Below, piece by piece: positions 60,750 to 64,000 of a stretch of DNA of 64,000 bases. Below the pieces are notes generated by a model. It was not told the DNA's origin, did not search any database, and saw nothing but the letters and a program-made list of their open reading frames with translations. Where the stretch lies: IMG/VR virus record IMGVR_UViG_3300029705_000098. One strand, given 5' to 3'. Origin of the DNA: an uncultured virus (IMG/VR IMGVR_UViG_3300029705_000098). Lineage: Duplodnaviria > Heunggongvirae > Uroviricota > Caudoviricetes. Every line of letters starts with the position of its first letter. Within the stretch, counting starts at the first letter, position 1. Made by a program: the position numbers and the translations under genes.

Positions 60750-61213
60750 TAACTTATCCTCACTTTCACGCTAATGTCACTTTGCTGGGCAGGAAAGGTA
60801 ATAACTATCTGTCCCGTTGTTGTAACTATATCTGTAGGCGCAATTAAATCTGAAAATGCCCCGACGTTTTCAAACACCTGTATGGTGCTGTTTGTAGTAA
60901 TAGCAGGGTTCTGTATCGTCAATGACGTACTACCCGCTAAAAGAGTGGCAACTAAGTCTGTCCAAGTAGAGCCAGAGATAGCAGAAACAATTTCGTTAAT
61001 TGCTCCTTCAACTGTTTTATTGTTTGTCTGCAAGTTAGCAAACGTCATACTTTCAACTGCGTGCGCACCAAGTTGGTTAGGAGTAGTTGTTAAAGAGGTA
61101 TACCCTGTATCTCCTTGTTGTGTATAACTAGCAATCGCAATCAGGTCATTAGCGCCGTTTAATTGTACGGGGTGGTCCGTCTTTAAATCTGAAAATTTAA
61201 TTAAATCTGGCAT
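60749..61213 (-). CDS. Minor tail protein
   Basis: L.T.NKTV.GAINE fibre motif. Confidence 0.6.
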   Translation of the reverse strand: MPDLIKFSDLKTDHPVQLNGANDLIAIASYTQQGDTGYTSLTTTPNQLGAHAVESMTFANLQTNNKTVEGAINEIVSAISGSTWTDLVATLLAGSTSLTIQNPAITTNSTIQVFENVGAFSDLIAPTDIVTTTGQIVITFPAQQSDISVKVRIS

Positions 61214-61224
61214 TTAGTCTCTCC

Positions 61225-63201
61225 TTACTCTGTTGTAAATCGGTCGCTATTTTCTGCTCCGATATAGTTTCCATCTTCTGTTGCAAAATCAAATCCTCCT
61301 CGTAAGAAAATTTGTGGTTGCAACGTGCCAGTTCCTTCTGCTAACGGTATGCCTTCAACACTATCAATATTATACAGTAAAAGTGTATCAGCAACACTAA
61401 TAAATGGAACACTAATAAGCGTAATTGTGCAATCATCAGACATATCAAGTATTCCCATATCTGCAATAGTGCCGATGAAGGCAGAATCCTCAATTCTAAT
61501 GAGACCACTGAACCCTGTAATGTCTGTAAGTTCTTGACCTATGAGACTTGCTTGTAATGTTCTTGCAGGTATAATAACTGTTCCGTTACGAATCGTCATA
61601 TATACCTCAAACTCATATCGCATATTTGGCTCAAGCGCAACAACGGGATATGCGACAGTAATAATGTGCTTACCATTCTCTAGTTTTTCAGTAGCAACAT
61701 ACGGCTCTTCATTACTAGGAAGTCTGACTGAATTGAGCGTATAGAATATGTCTACTTCACATCGTCCATCTCTCAAATAAGTGTAAGTGTTCTCTGCTAT
61801 ACCCGTTAGTGATACAGGGTTTCCGTTAATGTCTGTGATAGTTGTCTCTTGCTCATTGTAGTATGCTTTTACAGGTACGCTAACGTCCTCAGTTGTAGTG
61901 TCAACAACATCTGGAACATCAACGTCAACAAGAATAGTAGCAACAAACAATGCGTCTGTTTTTGAGCTAGGATTGAATATACACTCACCTATCTTGCTTG
62001 TCTGCAAATCTCCTATATTCGTCTGTCTAGGATTAGTGAATGATATGAACTGTAACTTGCTTCTCTCAATAGCCTGTGTGAGTATTCGGTTGCTCTCACT
62101 AGCAAGAACAGAACCGCCCTCTAAATACGGATTAAGCCCTTCACTATCAATCGTCATTCCCTGATGGAATCGCCACTCAATACTTGTAATGAGCGTATAG
62201 ATAGTTCCGTTTCTTGTTATAAGTTCAAGTCTGTCACCACAATCGAATGACGGGTCACTCGGCATGTCCATATCGACAGGAGTATATTCGTCAATCGACT
62301 GTAAATGATTAAACAGATTATCCGTTTTTGTCTGCTGTGCTTCCTCTGAACCATAGTCCCACGCAGGTGCATCTTCAATAATCATTACAAGTCCCTGGTC
62401 GAGCACACTTGTGGTGTGCTTTGTGTACGTTCCAGCCAAACTTGAAATAGATATACCAACATACTTGCACTTATAGTCTGCGGGCACTAAAGTAAACCAA
62501 TCGCTCATAGTAAGTGACGCGTCTGCGGTGCTAGAAAATCCCTTTATTGCTAACTGACCATCTCTGCTCGCATATGCAAAACAGCCAAGTAACTGACATA
62601 TCATCTTAACCACATCTCTATATGTGTGTATGCCTCTTTCTTCGCTTGCGTCTGCTTGATAAGTATAGTTAGGAAAATTCGTAAGATAAAGTTCATCGAA
62701 ATCAAGTTCCATTCCCGTATTTGCAGATACGGCTTGAAATAACTCCCACGGAAGTCCTGTTAAGAATGTTCCACCCAACTGCTTATCAAGGAGCGACATA
62801 TTATCATAGCAAGTCAGTGTAACTCTATCTGTTGGTCTTTCTGCGTCCGCTACTGTATAGATGCCAAGCGGCACCTCTTCAAAGATAGGCACAGATGTTT
62901 CTCCAGAAGTATCTATGCCAGTTTGAATTTTGTATGTTAATTCAATGCTTGCGCCGTAAAAAGCGTATCTCTCCAAATCTGTGAGAATGGATATTTTAAG
63001 TACGCTGGTGAACACACCACCAAACATTAACTCGTCATCGTCTATACACTGTTTACTGATAGACAAGGAATTAGACGGCAGATTAGAACCATCAATGGCC
63101 ATTGTCGTGCCGTCTGCAAATGTTAGTGTGCCGTAAACAGTATTGTAGGGTCTGCTTGCGGCACGTATTGCTGTCTTGTACGCCTGACTAGTGTTATACA
63201 T
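61225..63201 (-). CDS. Baseplate hub / Tal-like tail protein
   Basis: MY..S..Y..AI, FGG, EEVPLG.Y.V, YD.M..LD and P..D.GD motifs. Follows the tape measure. Confidence 0.7.
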   Translation of the reverse strand: MYNTSQAYKTAIRAASRPYNTVYGTLTFADGTTMAIDGSNLPSNSLSISKQCIDDDELMFGGVFTSVLKISILTDLERYAFYGASIELTYKIQTGIDTSGETSVPIFEEVPLGIYTVADAERPTDRVTLTCYDNMSLLDKQLGGTFLTGLPWELFQAVSANTGMELDFDELYLTNFPNYTYQADASEERGIHTYRDVVKMICQLLGCFAYASRDGQLAIKGFSSTADASLTMSDWFTLVPADYKCKYVGISISSLAGTYTKHTTSVLDQGLVMIIEDAPAWDYGSEEAQQTKTDNLFNHLQSIDEYTPVDMDMPSDPSFDCGDRLELITRNGTIYTLITSIEWRFHQGMTIDSEGLNPYLEGGSVLASESNRILTQAIERSKLQFISFTNPRQTNIGDLQTSKIGECIFNPSSKTDALFVATILVDVDVPDVVDTTTEDVSVPVKAYYNEQETTITDINGNPVSLTGIAENTYTYLRDGRCEVDIFYTLNSVRLPSNEEPYVATEKLENGKHIITVAYPVVALEPNMRYEFEVYMTIRNGTVIIPARTLQASLIGQELTDITGFSGLIRIEDSAFIGTIADMGILDMSDDCTITLISVPFISVADTLLLYNIDSVEGIPLAEGTGTLQPQIFLRGGFDFATEDGNYIGAENSDRFTTE

Positions 63202-64000
63202 TAGAAACTTGTACCTCTAATCATTCTTTGTTGATTGACATATCTTGCGTTTGCTTTGCCAATCTCTTTGTCTCCGATAGTCAAGTTCTTGCTCTCGACT
63301 ACCTGTATTAACTGCTGTAATAATTGTATCATTTCTGCGTTACCACTGGTAGCCAATACTTCTGCAACCGCTTGCTTAATTGTATCGAGCGGAGCTTCAA
63401 TATTAGTGCCGTGCGACTGGTCACCCAGAACTGCCATAAACTCTCTGTTAGGAGGAATAACTGCGCCCTGAGCAAGATGCGGAACTCTTGCAAGAGTTAC
63501 GTGTTTCAAATTAAACCCAACAGATTTTCCACCCCAGTCTGGAACCCAGTTAGGAATATCTATCTTGATTTTATTAAGAGCGTCTGCAATCCCGTTTACC
63601 ATTTTTTCAAGCCCACCAATTAGGACATTTATAATTGATATTATAGAGTTTACGGGAGTTTCAATATAACCCTTCAGTCTGTTCCAAATCAATCTAATGT
63701 CCTCTGCAAGTGTGTTAAAGGTGTTAGTTGCCGCAACACGAATTGCCACCCACGTATCTGCTAAAAACTGTTTAAAGGCAGATACCTTTTTAGAGAACCA
63801 ATTAAACTTTTCGTCAGTGATGCCAAGCAACGATGCAATAACACCTACACCAAGCCAAAAAGCACTCTTAATTGTTTCCCATCCATCAACTATTCCTTGA
63901 ACAAGCTCCGAAAAACTTATATTTTCAATTCCCTGATGAACATTATCGAGCCACCCAGATATATCTGTACCATAAATATCATCAAGTACACTTGCAACAA
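63201..64000 (-). CDS. Tape measure protein (C-terminal part; runs off the window's right edge)
   Basis: Frame is open to the window end. IPNWVP..GG, P.LAQGAVIPPNREF.AVLGDQ and IG.ANA motifs. Confidence 0.85.
   Translation of the reverse strand, partial: VASVLDDIYGTDISGWLDNVHQGIENISFSELVQGIVDGWETIKSAFWLGVGVIASLLGITDEKFNWFSKKVSAFKQFLADTWVAIRVAATNTFNTLAEDIRLIWNRLKGYIETPVNSIISIINVLIGGLEKMVNGIADALNKIKIDIPNWVPDWGGKSVGFNLKHVTLARVPHLAQGAVIPPNREFMAVLGDQSHGTNIEAPLDTIKQAVAEVLATSGNAEMIQLLQQLIQVVESKNLTIGDKEIGKANARYVNQQRMIRGTSF

Noticed and set aside
123..63900. Numerous antisense and nested ORFs in the track (e.g. 4209-4565, 28670-29212, 40105-40614)
   Set aside because: They are shadows of well-supported genes on the opposite strand or in another frame.
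1..64000. Stop-codon reassignment
   Set aside because: Core genes are full length under the standard code, and TAA, TAG and TGA all occur as stops.
1..64000. Prophage boundaries, integrase or host genes
   Set aside because: None were recognisable. The dnaX/holA/holB/dnaN/recA genes are divergent and embedded among phage genes.

Overview
This window is most of a tailed dsDNA phage genome, probably siphovirus-like with a Bacillota/Clostridia-type host (inferred from sigma-A promoters, the SH3b endolysin and the gene families). It starts inside the minor capsid gene and ends inside the tape-measure gene, so the major capsid, neck and major tail genes lie outside it. No integrase is visible. Layout: (1) 1-6.7 kb, minus strand: packaging and head genes. 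(2) 6.7-7.5 kb: divergent control region. (3) 7.5-17.8 kb, plus strand: small early genes. (4) 18-50 kb, minus strand: recombination and replication genes (RecA, RecU, Cas4-like nuclease, a bacterial-type clamp loader and beta clamp, PolA, SSB, primase, DnaB, DnaC, initiator, SNF2), a tRNA/ncRNA island, and a 7-deazaguanine cluster (folE, queE, queD, PRTase, queC, dpdA-like). (5) 50-53 kb: cassette of unknown function. (6) lysis genes. (7) tail and baseplate genes. The most notable signals are: beta-clamp-binding motifs on both PolA (QLSLF) and the DpdA-like enzyme (C-terminal QINLF), suggesting replisome-tethered base modification; a tRNA-shaped RNA with an 82-nt domain replacing the anticodon loop, next to a ~400-nt structured RNA and GUN-anticodon hairpin mimics; about 39 co-oriented GGGGAA motifs concentrated in the early region; PhoP-like 11-bp repeat boxes at five loci; and a pseudoknotted leader upstream of the replication initiator. 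All family calls come from motif recognition by eye and all counts are manual.
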